This document shows, piece after piece, positions 12,530 to 24,750 of a stretch of DNA of 64,000 nt. Source of the DNA: Prorocentrum cordatum (Eukaryota); assembly GCA_963575745.1 (NCBI GenBank), contig CAUYUJ010000210.1:1-64000 (forward strand), written 5' to 3'. A program made the position numbers and the translations under genes. A model generated the notes under the pieces. It searched no databases. It was given only the letters and a program-made list of their open reading frames with translations, and was not told where the DNA came from. Within the stretch, counting starts at the first letter, position 1; the number at the start of each line of letters is the position of its first letter.

Positions 12530-13260
12530 TTTGCACCCGCAGCTCCGCGCACGCGCACGTATTTTCACGTCTAGAGAATTCTCCACCCCCAAGTTGGGTC
12601 CCTCGCCTGCGGCCCCGTCTTGGCCCGAAGCACGTGGAAACACATGCCCCGCGCGCACGCACGAAATTCTACGCGCGAAGAATTCGCCCCCCCCAAATCG
12701 GGCTCCCCTGGGGCCCCTTGGACACGTGAAAAAACGGGCCCCGCGCGCAGGCGCCGGTGGCATGTCGGGCTCCCCCCCTCCGCGCATGCCTGTGTACGTG
12801 CACGAGCATTCGCCGTCCGCAAGTTGGGTCCCTCGCGTGCGGCCCCATCGTGGCCCGAAACGCGTGAGAGCCGTGCTCCACGCGCACGTGCCAGGCGCAT
12901 GCTGGACTCCCCCTCCATTGCCGCCACCCCCCCCTCCCAGCACGCAGCTCTACATGATATGATTTCGCCACCCCCGAGTTGGGTCCCCCTGGGGCCTCCG
13001 TCCGCGGACGCGTGAAAACATGTGAACACACGTGCCCCGCGCGCACGCGCCATGGGCATACCTGGCCCCTCCCCCCCTCCACGCACGCACTGCAGGTGTT
13101 AAAGGTATCGGCACCTGCAAGTTGGGTCCCTCGCTTGCGGCCCCGTCCCCCGTCTTGGCCCGAAGCACATCAAAACACGTGCCAAAAGCACGCGTGCCGA
13201 GACTCATCTTGGAGACCCCCCGCACACTCATTTTTTACGTGTCGCTGCTCGACACCCTTC
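12530..13260. repeat. Degenerate tandem repeat with AGTTGGGTCCC core
   Basis: Core recurs at ~12592, 12822, 12977 and 13120, usually followed by GCGGCCCC..TGGCCCGAA..CACG. Confidence 0.75.
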
Positions 13261-14320
13261 TGCTGGAGGGTCTTTGGCATAGATAACCCTGGGCCGGAGC
13301 CCCTTCCGGGAAAAAGCTAGTCTGCTCGTTCGCCCGCTAGTCTATTTGCCTGGCCACGGCCGAGGATCTTAAGGAAGACGTGGGGGTCGCGGGCGCCGTG
13401 GAGGGTGAATGGGCGCCTCCCGTCGGATTGGTTGCCTCAGGGGGGTTGCTCGCGGGCCTGTGTCACGAAGGGGAACGCAGGTGAGGTTGTTCTAAAACTG
13501 CATCCCAGTTGGGATGTAAGGTCCCGTCTCAGAATCCAGGCCTCTCTACGACGGAGTCACGACACGACTTCGGCGTCGTATCACGGTGGTTGCAGGATTA
13601 CTGTAGACTCCTTCAGGTTCGCTCGCTCGCTCCTCCTTCCTCCTCCCTCCTCATCGTCCCTTCTTCCCTACCCTCCTCCCTTCTTGTCCTTTCTCGCCAC
13701 ACGCTCCTCCCTCCTCGCTGCATCTGCTCCTACTCCTCCTCCTTTTCCTCCTTTTCCTCCTCCTCCTCCTCCTGCTCCTCTTCATTATCAGACTCAGCCT
13801 CCGTCTCCTTTTCGTCATCATCCTACTCCCTTTTCCTCCTCCTCCTCCTCCTCCTCCTCTTCCTCCTCCTCCACCACCTCCCTCTTTGTCCTGCTCATCC
13901 CTCCTCCATCCACTCTCCTCATCTTCCCTCACCTCCCGTAAAGGCCTCGCGCCACGATCATGAGACAGTGTTGGGCAAGGCAGCCACCATCAGCCCCATG
14001 CTCGCGCGTGAGATGCAGGAGGACGCCCTCAAACTCCCCGCCGACAACGCACTTGCTTCGCCCGGCGCCATGCTTTCACCCCAGAAGAAAAACCAGCCTG
14101 GTGAGGCGCCGAGTGGCGCACGGACAGCCCCCCCCAGGCAGTCGTGGCTGGCCTCCACAGGCCCCCCGAGTAGTCCGAGCTGGCCTCGAGAGGCCCCCGA
14201 GCAGCCCAGGGCGGTCTCAACACCCTGGCGCCGCCTCCGCCGGCGCCCCTGGGGAGCTCCACCGGGCTGCTCGGAGGCCTGCCGGGGCCAGCAGGGACTA
14301 CTTGGCGGGCCCTGTTGATA

Positions 14321-14490
14321 GGGCGACGCAGTCTATACATATCCACTGCTCCCTGGCCAGGCCCATCCTGAACACAGCAGCTGTGTATACGCCACGCCCT
14401 CCTGGTTTGGCCAGGAGGGCGTATACACAGCTCCTGGGTTCAGGATGGGCCTGGCCAGGGAGCAGTGGATATGTATAGATGTCGTCCCCC
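14321..14490. mobile_element. Foldback/MITE family C, copy 1 (~170-bp near-perfect palindrome)
   Basis: CTATACATATCCACTGCTCCCTGGCCAGGCCCATCCTGAAC pairs with GTTCAGGATGGGCCTGGCCAGGGAGCAGTGGATATGTATAG. Near-identical copy at 15097-15266. Confidence 0.88.
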
Positions 14491-15096
14491 GATGTTGAGT
14501 CCAGCCAGGACTAGCTGGAGAAGCTGTCTGTGCACAGCCCGATGCCTTGCCAAACCAGCCGTCGCGATCTTCGGGGCTGCCCGCACAAGGGGGTTGTGCG
14601 AGGGGAGGGGCTTGCCAAGAAGGCGGCATCTCTGGGCCCTGCTCAGCAGGGCCCTGCCTTCTCAGACGCCCCCCGCCTTCTTTAGAAGCCAAAACTGCAT
14701 AAACATAGACTGCTGGCGCCCAGGGCGGATTTCCTGGATCTGCGCAGGACCCCCCTCCCTGGCGCGCGGGGCGCATCAGGGCGGCGCCGGAGGCGCCGCT
14801 GGGAGGCCCCAGCGCGGATCCGAGAAACCCGGGCGGAGCGGCAAAAGTTTGTCTATGGCGTGCTTTCTTCTTCGATCCTTAGAGGAACCCACCCCCTCGC
14901 GACACCCCCCCCTCGTGCGCTCTGCTGCGAGGCCTGTGCGACGCCCAGCTGCGAGAGATCCTCGACGTGCTGAGGGCCCTGGGCCCTGCTGCTCCCGCCC
15001 AGCGGACGGGGGGGGGGGGGGGCGCAGCGGCCTGCGCGTGGGCCCCCCCCCCCCCGGCTGGGGGTCCCTCCAGAGGCCTCCGGAGGCCCACAGGTA

Positions 15097-15266
15097 GGGC
15101 GACGCAATCTATACATATCCACTGCTCCCTGGCCAGGCCCATCCTGAACACAGCAGCTGTGTGTACGCCACGCCCTCCTGGTTTGGCCAGGAGGGCGTAT
15201 ACACAGCTCCTGGGTTCAGGATGGGCATGGTCAGGGAGCAGTGGATATGTATAGATTTCGTCGCCC
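15097..15266. mobile_element. Foldback/MITE family C, copy 2
   Basis: Same palindrome as 14321-14490 with different flanks; ends GGGCGACG...CGTCGCCC. Confidence 0.88.
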
Positions 15267-15689
15267 GAACAGGGCGCCCCAGAGACGCCCCACCCGAGGA
15301 AGGAGAACAGCGCGGGCACACTTTTTGCCTTCTGCGCGCTGGCTGCGGGGAGACGCCGCCCAGTGCCAGGGGGGGCCCCGCGCCTCCGCGCGGAGCTCCG
15401 AGAAGCCGCGGCGCTCCTAAACCCCGAACCGTGCTCGCGCGTCGGGGCTCCTCCAAGGAGGAGGAGGAGGAGGAGGAGGAGGAGGAGGCCCCAGAGGGCA
15501 ATTTGGGGGCCCGGGCGTCGGTCCGGCCCGGCCCGTCGCCGCCCGGACCGCCGCCCGTGGCCGCCCGTCGCCGCGGGGGCACGGCGTCGGTGCGGCCAGC
15601 TCGTCGACGCCCGGCATCGCCCGTCGATGACGCCGCCGCTGGGCCCCGGTCGCGGCGTGGCCAGCTCGTCGCGGCCCGTCGCCGCGCTG

Positions 15690-16210
15690 CTTGGCATTGC
15701 GTGGCAGTGGCGTGGCATTGCTGTGGCATTGCTGTGGCACTGGCTGGAACTGCTTCACACTGGTCTGTAATGCGTTGCATTCCGTGGCACTGCTTTGAAG
15801 CGTGTCGCATCGCTTTGCACTGCCTGGCATCGCATTGCAGTGCTTTGCATTGCTTCGCATTGATTTGCGTTGTTGTGCATCGCGTTGCAGTGCTGTGCAT
15901 GCCTTTGCATTGCTTTGACTTGCTTCGTATTGCTTTCCATTGCATCGCATTGCATCGCATTGCTCTGCATGTATTGGTATTTTGCTATGTTGCTTTGCAT
16001 TGCTTCGCCTTGCTTTGCATGACTTTGCATTGGTTTGCATTGCTTTGCATTGCTCTCCATTGACTTGCATTGCATTGCATTGTGCTGCAGTGCTGTGCAC
16101 TTCTCTGCATTGCTTCGCACTGTTGTGCATTGCGTTACATGTGTCTGCATTGCTTTGCGTTGCCCTCTATTGCTCTAAATTGCCTCGCATTGCTTCCTAT
16201 TGCGTTGCAG
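15690..16210. repeat. Degenerate (TTGCA/TTGCT)n pentanucleotide satellite
   Basis: Repeated TTGCATTGC units; a similar decayed tract lies at ~56090-56400. Confidence 0.85.
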
Positions 16211-16358
16211 TGGTTACAGTTGGCCAAACCCTTGTCGACCCTCGACCCTCGAACTCGGACCCTCGACCCCCTGGACATCCGGCGATCCGGTTGTTGTTCA
16301 ATCCGCGGCGCCGTGGCTCCAGACCGCTCGTCTAGAGGCCTCCCAGAAGGGGGTCCGG

Positions 16359-16532
16359 GCAGCTGGGGGTCGGAGGATCTCGCCGCATCGACGATGCATC
16401 GGCGATGCATCGGCGATGCATAGGCGACGTCGGCGATGCGTCCACGACGCCGGCGTGGCGAAAATCGGGCTCCACATCGAGCCGTCGCGCCGATGCATGC
16501 ACGATGCGGCGCGATCCTCCGACCCCATCTGC
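16359..16532. mobile_element. MITE-like element D with TIRs and internal GATGCATCGGC repeats
   Basis: GGGGTCGGAGGATCTCGCCGCATCG pairs with CGATGCGGCGCGATCCTCCGACCCC. It sits between two related CTCGACCC..CGCCGTGGCTCC units (16240-16320, 16560-16660). Confidence 0.7.
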
Positions 16533-17309
16533 CTCGAACCTGAAACCTCGACCGTCGAACCTGGACCCCCTGGACCCTCGACCCTGGCACACCACGGACC
16601 CCCGACCCCCCGGGAGAACCCTCGAACCGGTTGCTGCTCGATGCGCAGCGCCGTGGCTCCCTCGCCGACCCCGGGGGGTCCGTCTCGGAGGGCGCCTCGC
16701 GAGGCCCGCGAGCGGCCCCCGGCCCCCCGAGAAAGGCAACCGCAGGCGCGGAGCAGGTGCCGACCGTCCCGGCATTCCCGTAGGCCCTGCCAGGACATGC
16801 TGCGTTCTTGGGCCCTTGGAGCCCCCAAGTGTCCGAAGAGCAAACACGATGTATCGAAAAAACAGGACAGTCTCGGGCAGGAATGCTCCCAGAACGTGTC
16901 GCGCACACCAAAAGAGGCTCTTAGAACTGTCTTCGGTGGGCCTGTAGGCAAGCCAGGACGCTTCGCCACTGCTTGAATGTGAACCGCACCCGGCCAGGTC
17001 ATACTTCTGAAAGGCAGGCTGGGGTGCAGAGTTCGGAGGATGCCTGCAGCCAAATGAACCTCAGCTGGTGTCCGATAGTTACCCGAGCGTCGACACGACC
17101 CGCAGGGGCAACAGGGGGCGGACACAAACGGGCACTGGGGGGCACCGGGGGGGCAATAGGTGACATCGGCCCAGGGTGGTTCGCTATCGGTCGCAGGCCC
17201 GTGGGGGCGGACATCAACCAGGAGCTACTCACACACACACAATCCACCTGGGGGCCCTGGTGCACGCCTCAGCACCGAGGGCCCCGGGTTCCGGCTAGGT
17301 CGCGGCGGG

Positions 17310-17600
17310 GGTCGTGGTCGCCGTGTGGTCGTGGTCGCCGTGGTCGCCGTGGTCGTGGTCGTCGTGGTCGTCGCGGTCGTCTTGTCGTGGTCGTCGTGGC
17401 CGTCGTGGTTGTGGTCGTGGTGCTCGTGTGGTCCTCTTTCGTGGTGCTCGTGTTCGTCGTGATCGTCGTGGGCGTGTATTCGTGGTCGTCGTGGCTGTCA
17501 TGGTGGCGGCCGTGGTCGACGTGTGGTCGTCGTTCGGCCTGGTCTTGGTCGCCGGGGTCGTCGTGTGGTCGCCGTGGTGGTCATGGTCGTGGTCGCCGCG
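17310..17600. repeat. (GTC/GTG)n degenerate trinucleotide tract
   Basis: Visible GGTCGT repeats. Confidence 0.85.
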
Positions 17601-18239
17601 ATCGTCGCCGCTCGCAGGCGTGCCCCCCAGACCTCGTCGGCCCCCCAGGTCGCTCAACTCCGCGCGCCACGCCCCGCGAGTGCGGGGAGCGCGGCTCCCC
17701 GCGCGCCCCTGCGAGGCCACCTCGGAGAAGGGCAGCCGTCCTGCAGGCGCCATGGTGCGAGAACCGCGATCATCTTCGCGCCCCTGGGGGTCGCCTGGGC
17801 GACGAAAAGAAGCAGGTCTCTCACGAGATGAAACAGCGACCTTACGCCGCGGCTAGCGCGGGCTGCCAGTGTGGCAAGCCGCGTGGAGAAGAGGGTTTCC
17901 TACGCGCGGCCGCGCGCGGGAAGCTTACGCGCCAATGTCGGCGCACTCGAGCCCGTTTTTCTATGTCGCTCACCTGGCCCTCGGCCATCGGCGTGCGCGG
18001 CCCCGCCTCAGGGGCCGGCGGACGGCGACGGCGCCGAAGACGTCGTCGGCAACGCTGGGGGCGGCGATGCCCCTGAGGCCTGACGCCGCGAAGAAACTGC
18101 AGCAGCGCGAGAAAAGTCACGACCAGAGCCCTGATCAGGCCCTACCACCTCTCGGTTGCGCTCCCCAAGCCTTGCCTTGACCGAACCGCGAGGGCCCCCA
18201 GGGTCTGGAAAACTGGGCGAGCAAGCCCGACGAGAACGC

Positions 18240-18396
18240 ACTGCAACGACGCCGACGCCGCCGACGCCGTCGGCGTCGCCGTCAGCGTCGCCGTCGCCGT
18301 CAGCGTCGCCGTCGCCGTCGCCGCCGTCGTCACCGTCGCCGCCGCCGCCGCCGCCGTCGCCGTCGCCGTCGCCGTCGTCGCCGTCGTCGCTGTCGT

Positions 18397-18438
<42 letters not shown>

Positions 18439-18900
18439 AGCGGTCACCGTCGCAGTCGGCGTCGGCGGCGCCGCCGCCGGCGTGGGCGTGGGCGGCGGCG
18501 CGGCGCACCACGCGGAAGCGCACGCTCTCGTCCGCGTTCTGTAGCGGCTCCACGGGCACGGCCTCGGCGAGGGCGTCGGTGGCGACGACGGCGACGGCCC
18601 CGGCGGCGACGTGGTCGACGACGTCGCCGGCGCCGGCGACGGTGGCGACGGCGTCGACGACGTCGGCGAGGCGACGCAAACGACGACGGCGTCGCCGACG
18701 TCGGCGACCCAAGGGCGGGCGGTCTTCGGATTGCCGTCGCCGTTGCCGCCGTCGTCGTCGTCGGCGCCGACGTCACGTCGTCGCTGACGTCGGCGTCACC
18801 GTCGTTGCAAACGACACCGTCCGATTCCATTTCGACTCCCCTCCTCTCGTCGTCGACGACATCGGCGTCGACGTCGTCGCCCTGCAGGTTGCCCTTGGCC
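18240..18900. repeat. (CGT/CGC/GAC)n degenerate trinucleotide tract
   Basis: Visible CGCCGT/CGTCGT/GACGGC repeats around a small unique island at ~18505-18570. Confidence 0.85.
18509..18562 (-). CDS. Candidate 54-nt exon (AVPVEPLQNADESVRFRV) of an unidentified - strand host gene
   Basis: Unique island within simple repeats; AG|G acceptor and G|GTGCGC donor; phase 0; composition continues the 22629-22724 exon. Confidence 0.35.
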
Positions 18901-19149
18901 TCGCCTCGCTGCATCCCCTCTTACACCTGCTACTCATCATCCTCTTAGCATCCGCCTCCTCATGCATTACATCGTCGTCTTCGTATTACGAGTGTCTTCT
19001 CATGTATTATTCCTCCACCTACTCCTTTTCCTTCCCTCCTCCCCCTCCTCATCCTCCTCCGCCTCCTCCTCCTGATGTCCCCCTCCCTCCTCCGATGTAT
19101 GTGTTGCTACCCACGAGGTATGTGCTACAGCCGACGCATACCATCTATA

Positions 19150-19158
19150 TGGATGTGC

Positions 19159-19198
<40 letters not shown>

Positions 19199-19915
19199 GT
19201 GCATGCATGCATACACACATATACATGCATGCGTACATACATGTATGCATGCATGCCTGCATGCATACATACATGCATACACATATATGCATACATACCG
19301 ACCTACATATATACACGATTGCATGCATACATGCATGCATACATACATGCATGTGCACAAACAAACATAGATGCATACAGCTATACATATAAACAGCCAT
19401 GCATCCATACATACACGCATACATACATACACTCGCCTACATACATGCATACATACATGCATGCATGCATGCATACATACATGCATACATACATGTACAC
19501 ACACATACATACACACACATACATACATACATACATACCTACATACATACATACATACATACATACATACATGCATCCATACGTACGTACATGCATACAC
19601 ACATACGTACATACATGCATGCACGCATGCATGCATGCATGCATATATACATACATATACACACACATACATATATACATACATGCATGCATACATACAT
19701 ACATACATACATACATACGTACGTACGTACGTACGTACATACATACATACATACATATACATGCATGCATGCATGCATGCATGCATGCATGCATGCATGC
19801 ATGCATGCATACATACATACATACATACATGCATACATACATATATACATACATACACACATACATACATACTGTAATCCATACATACACAGGCATGCAT
19901 GCATACATACACACA
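19150..19915. repeat. (TA)n / (CATA)n / (CATG)n compound microsatellite
   Basis: Visible ATAC/ATGC/GTAC units. Confidence 0.95.
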
Positions 19916-20569
19916 AACGTGTGCTCTCAATCGACGTATAGCAAGCCGTCCTCCTCCTCCTCCGCCTGCTCCTCCTCCCCCTCGTCCTTGTCTTTCACGG
20001 TTTCACGGTTGTGTCTGAAGGCCAAGCGGGGCTCGGCGACAGACAAAAAATATGGAGGGGGAGAACTAAGGAAGCACCATGGAGAAGAAGGAAGGCCGAG
20101 AGGAGGGAGGAAGAGATAGAAGGAGGAGAACGGTGCTTCCGAAGTCCCCCAAAAGGCGGTTTGCCCGCGGCTCCCGCCATGGGCCTGCCCACACGCGGAG
20201 CTGGCACCTCGCCCAGCCGCACTGTCCGTGGGGTGACTTCGCAACCTTCCACCTGCCCCCCCCCCTTATCCTCATCCCTCCCCTCGAGAACTCTGCAGGC
20301 TATGACGGAGAAACCTGCTCATGCATCTGCTTCAGGAGGGGGAGAGGAGATGAGGTACAGAGACGCTTCGCTGTTAAGGGGGTTGGCAGGCTGGTGTCGG
20401 AAAGTGCGCGGCCCTGAGCCCGCTCAACTTCGGACGCCCCTGGGACGCCTCGGGCAGAGCAGATATGAAGGATGCTGCTCGTTCCCTGTGTGGCTAGTCA
20501 ACAAGCCGTGGGAAACTTAACAACATCGTCGTAACGCTTCCCCCCCACCCCCCTGCCCACCCCTTCCCT

Positions 20570-22033
20570 TATAAAAGCCTACAAGTGCGGCTGGCTGGAT
20601 GGAGCGGGGGTGGGTGGAGGGCGCGCTACACGCCAGGGCGTAGCCGTAGAACTCATTCCCGGGAGGGTCCTACCAGCCAGGCTGCTGGCGAAGAAGTGCG
20701 ACAGCTCCTGCAATGACGCCCCATTGGCGAGCATGACCTGAAGGCTGCACTCCAACGAAACCATGAATGGGTCAAGGGTGTTCTGTGCAGATGGGGCACC
20801 GACTCTGGAGACCTTGAACATGTACTCGATGGCCGGGAGGAAGTCATGATCTGCACCTGGCCAATGGTCACGGCGTCCTTCTTGGGAGCCTCTGTCTTGG
20901 ATCCAATGGCGCGCGTTTCCTGCAGCTTCTCCTCCTGCAGGGCATTGCGCGCGGTGGACCCGTAGTTCTCGAGGCCGTTATGCGCCCCAACCTCTGGGAC
21001 AACAGCGGCCTGGGCGGTAACCTCCAGCATCGTCGACTTCTCGTCAAACCCAAATGGGTGGAAGTGTGCTGGGAGGCTGTCGTAACGATCTGTTGTCACC
21101 ACCTCTCCATTGAGTGGCTCTTCAGCGGCCCTGACGTTGAGGAAGGTGCCGAAGCCTGCGGGGTCCACCTGAACACCCACTGTGACAATGTCTTTCTTCT
21201 TCTGCTTGATGTTGTCACACACAGCTGAATCCGTAGCCTTCGCACCAGCGGTGTCGACAGCACTCATAAGCTTGTCCTTGAGAAACCCAAGATCCATCTG
21301 CAGCTTCTGGATCGAACCCTGCAACTCCAAAGGCTGGCTGAGCACGTCCGCCCTGAGAGTCAGCAGCATGTCCGTGATGTCTGCCAAACGATCCTGAGAG
21401 TTTACTTGCGCCCTGCACCTCACTCGAAAGGTTGGAGCTGAGTGCGCCCTCATCGTTCTCCGAATCGCCGATGAAGCACTCCCAAACCGTACTCGAAGGT
21501 GCTGCCTCGTTGCTCGCCTCGCTAGGGAGCCCAACCTTGGTGTCCGCAGGCTTGCTGACGACCAACGGCTTCTCGAGCGCCCTCTGCACCCGTTGACGGA
21601 TGCTGGTGGGAGGATGCGCCAACGAACGCCTGCCAGCCCTCTACTGAGCGTACTCCTTGGCGAGCTCCTCCTCGCCTCGTAGGACGAGCCCAACTCTGAC
21701 GTCTTCCGTCTGCGCTCGCCGCTGGAGGCCCAACTGCGCGGGAGCCTCCTGGAGCACTGCGTGGAACTCGCTCGAGTGCTGCGCGCCCATGAGCGACTCG
21801 GCCTCTGGCCCGCTGGCGAGCTTAAGCATCAGGCTCGCCGCCTCGTCCACAGAGCGAAGGTGGGCTAGAGACGAACCATGCCGAACCGTGATGCCCGCCT
21901 TCGGCACTAGGTGAAGAAGCCCTGAGAGACAGCAGGGCGGCCGTAAAGACAAATCCGATTGCAGTGTATCCCCCAAAAAGTCTTGGGCCCAAATGGCTTA
22001 AGCCAAAATGGCTTGAGCCAAAATGGCTACGGA
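20570..22033 (-). pseudogene. SL-headed intronless retrocopy (processed pseudogene or non-autonomous retroposon) of an unknown protein with a coiled-coil-like segment
   Basis: Begins with a full spliced leader plus two relics. Protein-like text continues across ORF-track pieces 21641-21976, 21215-21622, 20653-21693 and 20579-20821, broken by a stop and about two frameshifts; no introns evident. Confidence 0.75.
21982..22033 (-). other. Dinoflagellate spliced leader (22 nt) followed by two 15-nt relic SLs
   Basis: Minus strand reads TCCGTAGCCATTTTGGCTCAAG-CCATTTTGGCTTAAG-CCATTTGGGCCCAAG (0, 1 and 2 mismatches to the SL 3' 15-mer). Confidence 0.97.
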
Positions 22034-22628
22034 CCTCGTCCTCGTCCTCCTCCTCCTCCTCCTCCTCCTCCGCCTCCTCCTCCTCCTCCTCCTCCTCCTC
22101 CTCCTCCTCCTCTTGCTCCTCCTCCCCCTCCTTTCGCACGATCTGTGGATCAAACTATGTCGTTAGAATGATTGGTACATCCCGTCAGATTTGCGAGCGC
22201 AGCGCCACGTCCGCCAAGGCTCCGAAGCGGCGTCGGCGACGCGAGACTCATAGGGGCACTGGGGTGGAGAGGCCACGGACATTAGAAGCGCACGGCGCGC
22301 AGCTGTTCGAGGTGCTGGGCGGAGGAGGAGGAGGAGGGGGAGGAGGAGGAGGAGGATTACCAAGCTCGCTATAGGCTTCAAGTGTGCCTAAACTCACTTT
22401 TGAGGACTAAACGGCCGTGGGAGAAATACTGGTGCCTGCGAACTCGCAGGAAAATCCGTACCCAGTACGTGGCCAGGAGCAGGGCCCATGCTCAAAGTCG
22501 GAGGCATGGCAGGAAGCTATCCACCAGTGGCTGGCGCTAGGGGGAAAGTACCCATAGTCGCCTTTTGCTCGCCAGCAGTCGTGATGGAAGTGGTCCCCAG
22601 TGATCCCTGTCATAGGTTTCGGCCGTAC

Positions 22629-22724
22629 CTCGGGAAGTGCATCCTTGGGCACCTCCTCGGGCACTTCCTTGGGTACTTCCTCTTGGGGGATCTCCGCCTT
22701 CATCCTGTCCTCCTCCACGGACGC
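22629..22724 (-). CDS. Candidate 96-nt exon (ASVEEDRMKAEIPQEEVPKEVPEEVPKDALPE) of an unidentified - strand host gene
   Basis: TTGGAG|G acceptor, GAG|GTAC donor, exactly 32 codons, GC-rich third codon positions, E/V/P/K repeat protein text. Confidence 0.6.
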
Positions 22725-22939
22725 CTCCAAAAAGGGGAGGAGGATCGAGGTCCGAGGGTCGAGGCTTCAGGATCCTCGCAAGCGCGCCGCCTCAGGTCCC
22801 CCGACCCACGCGCGCTGCCCCCGCCAGTGGTCTGCCGGAGACCTCCAGGGAGGGAGGAGGATCGAGGTTCGACGCGGGTGGGGGCGCAAGGGGGGGCGGG
22901 GCAGCGGGCGTGAAGCAGGCGGACCTATTCAGGCCAAGG

Positions 22940-24150
22940 GGGAACAGCCCTAACGACCCCCTCTGACCTGTGGGGCAGCGCCCCTGGCCCGGGCGCCCCC
23001 GCGGCGCACCTCCGCAACAGAAGAGGGCAGGCCCCGTTCTGGGCAGTGCTCCCCGAGTGGGAGGCCTCTTAGGGCCGACGGGGGGGGGCAGCCCCGACGA
23101 ACCCCCTGACCTGCGGGGCAGCGCCCCTGGTCCAGGCGCCTCCGCGCCGCACCCCCTCAACAGGAGAAGGTCTCTCAGAGGCCCGGGGCGGGGGGCCCCG
23201 AATGGGGGGCCTCTTAGGGCCACAAAGGAATAGCCCCAACGACCCCCCCTGACCTGCGGGGCAGCGACACCTGTCCAGGCGCCTCCGCGGCGCACCTCCG
23301 CACCAGGAGAGGGGCCCTCTCCCGGGGCGGGGGGGGCCCCCGATGGGGGGTCTCCCAGGGCCAGAAAGGAACGGCACCAAGGACCCCCCTGACCTGCGGG
23401 GCAGCGCCCCTCCGCCCGGGCGCCCCCGCGGCGCACCTCCGCAACAGAAGAGGACTCTCGTGGGCCCCGTTCGGGGCGATGATCCCCGAATGGGGGGTCT
23501 CTTAGAACCGAGGGGGGGACAGCCCTCACGACCCCCCCTGATCTGCGGGGTAGCGCCCCTGGCCCGGGCGCCCCCGCGGCGCACCTCCGCAACAGAAGAG
23601 GGGCCCAGAAAGGAACGACGGACATTGAGGACAAGGGCGGAGGCGCGGAGGAGCGAGGAGCGAGGAGCGAGGAGGAGGAGGAGGAGGAGAAAGAGGAGGA
23701 GGAGGAGGAGGAGAAGGAGGAGGAGGAAGAGGATCACCATGCCGCTCCTCCCTGGCCTTGGCCCACTGTTCCAAGTGCCAGGCGCCCCCGAGTGTTTCGT
23801 CTGGGCCTCCAAGGCGGTCGCTTCCTTGGCTGGCTCCGCAACGACTCCTGGGGGCCGCGATCCGCCGCCCTTTATCGGTGGGCACAGGCGGACCGAAATG
23901 TGTCCTACATCTGCTCGATCATAACAAAGCATGTCCGGGACACCCGTCAAAAGACACCATGAAACCGCCGAAGCGCCCCTCGATACCCCCCACCCGGGGG
24001 GTAGGAGCCCCAGCGGGCCTCGCAGACCCGGGGCGAGGACCCCCGAATGGGGGGTCTCCTGGGGCCAAGGGGGGACAGCCCCAACAACCCCCCTGACCTG
24101 TGAGACAGCGCCCCTGGTCCAGGCGCCTCTGCGGCGCACCTCCGCGCGAG
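22940..24150. repeat. ~143-bp GC-rich minisatellite (CCCCTGACCTGCGGGGCAGCGCCCC...GCACCTCCGC)
   Basis: Core recurs at ~22960, 23103, 23246, 23386, 23536 and 24091. Confidence 0.85.
23807..23847 (-). CDS. Candidate 41-nt exon ((G)VVAEPAKEATALE) upstream of the 22629-22724 exon
   Basis: CAG|G acceptor, GAG|GC donor, ends in phase 0, compositionally continuous with the next exon. Confidence 0.35.
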
Positions 24151-24574
24151 GAGGAGCAGGAGGAGCGAGGAAACGAGAGGGGGGCAGGAAGATGAGGGAG
24201 GAGGAGGGCGAGGAGGAGGAGGAGGAGGAGGAGGAGGAGGAGGAAGGAGAGAAAAAGAGAGGGGCGGACGAGATATGAGGAATGAGGATGGAGCAGGAGC
24301 CAGAGGAGGAGCCCGAGGAGGCGTCAGAGTAGAGGCCAGAGGAGAAGAACGTGGAGGCGCACCCGCGCCTCCTGCGCACGTCGCGAATCCTTCGGCACGG
24401 GCCCCTCCACCTCGCGATCCCCTCCCAGGGACTGGCCGTGTCCTCCACCCCCGACGCCTTTCTCTCGACGTCCGCAGCGGTTCCCCTTCGCAGGCCGAGC
24501 AGCGGCGCAGAGCCTCCGCCTCCATTCGAGGGGCCACGAGACAGGGGGGGTTGGCTCCTGGGGGAACTCGGCGA

Positions 24575-24750
24575 GCTGGATTCAGATTCGGCGACACATC
24601 GCCGACTGATCGGCGATGGGGGCCCCCCACAGCGAGCCCGCACTCTCCTGGGCGGGGTGGACTGTCGAGGCCCGCGCGGCGATCATCGGGCGAGTGAGAG
24701 TCAATGCCCCCCCTGGGCCTGCAGCCATGAATCCGATCAAGAAAACTATA
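24575..24750. repeat. Dispersed repeat family B, copy 2
   Basis: Shares the 30-bp core and downstream similarity with 11110-11290. Confidence 0.7.
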
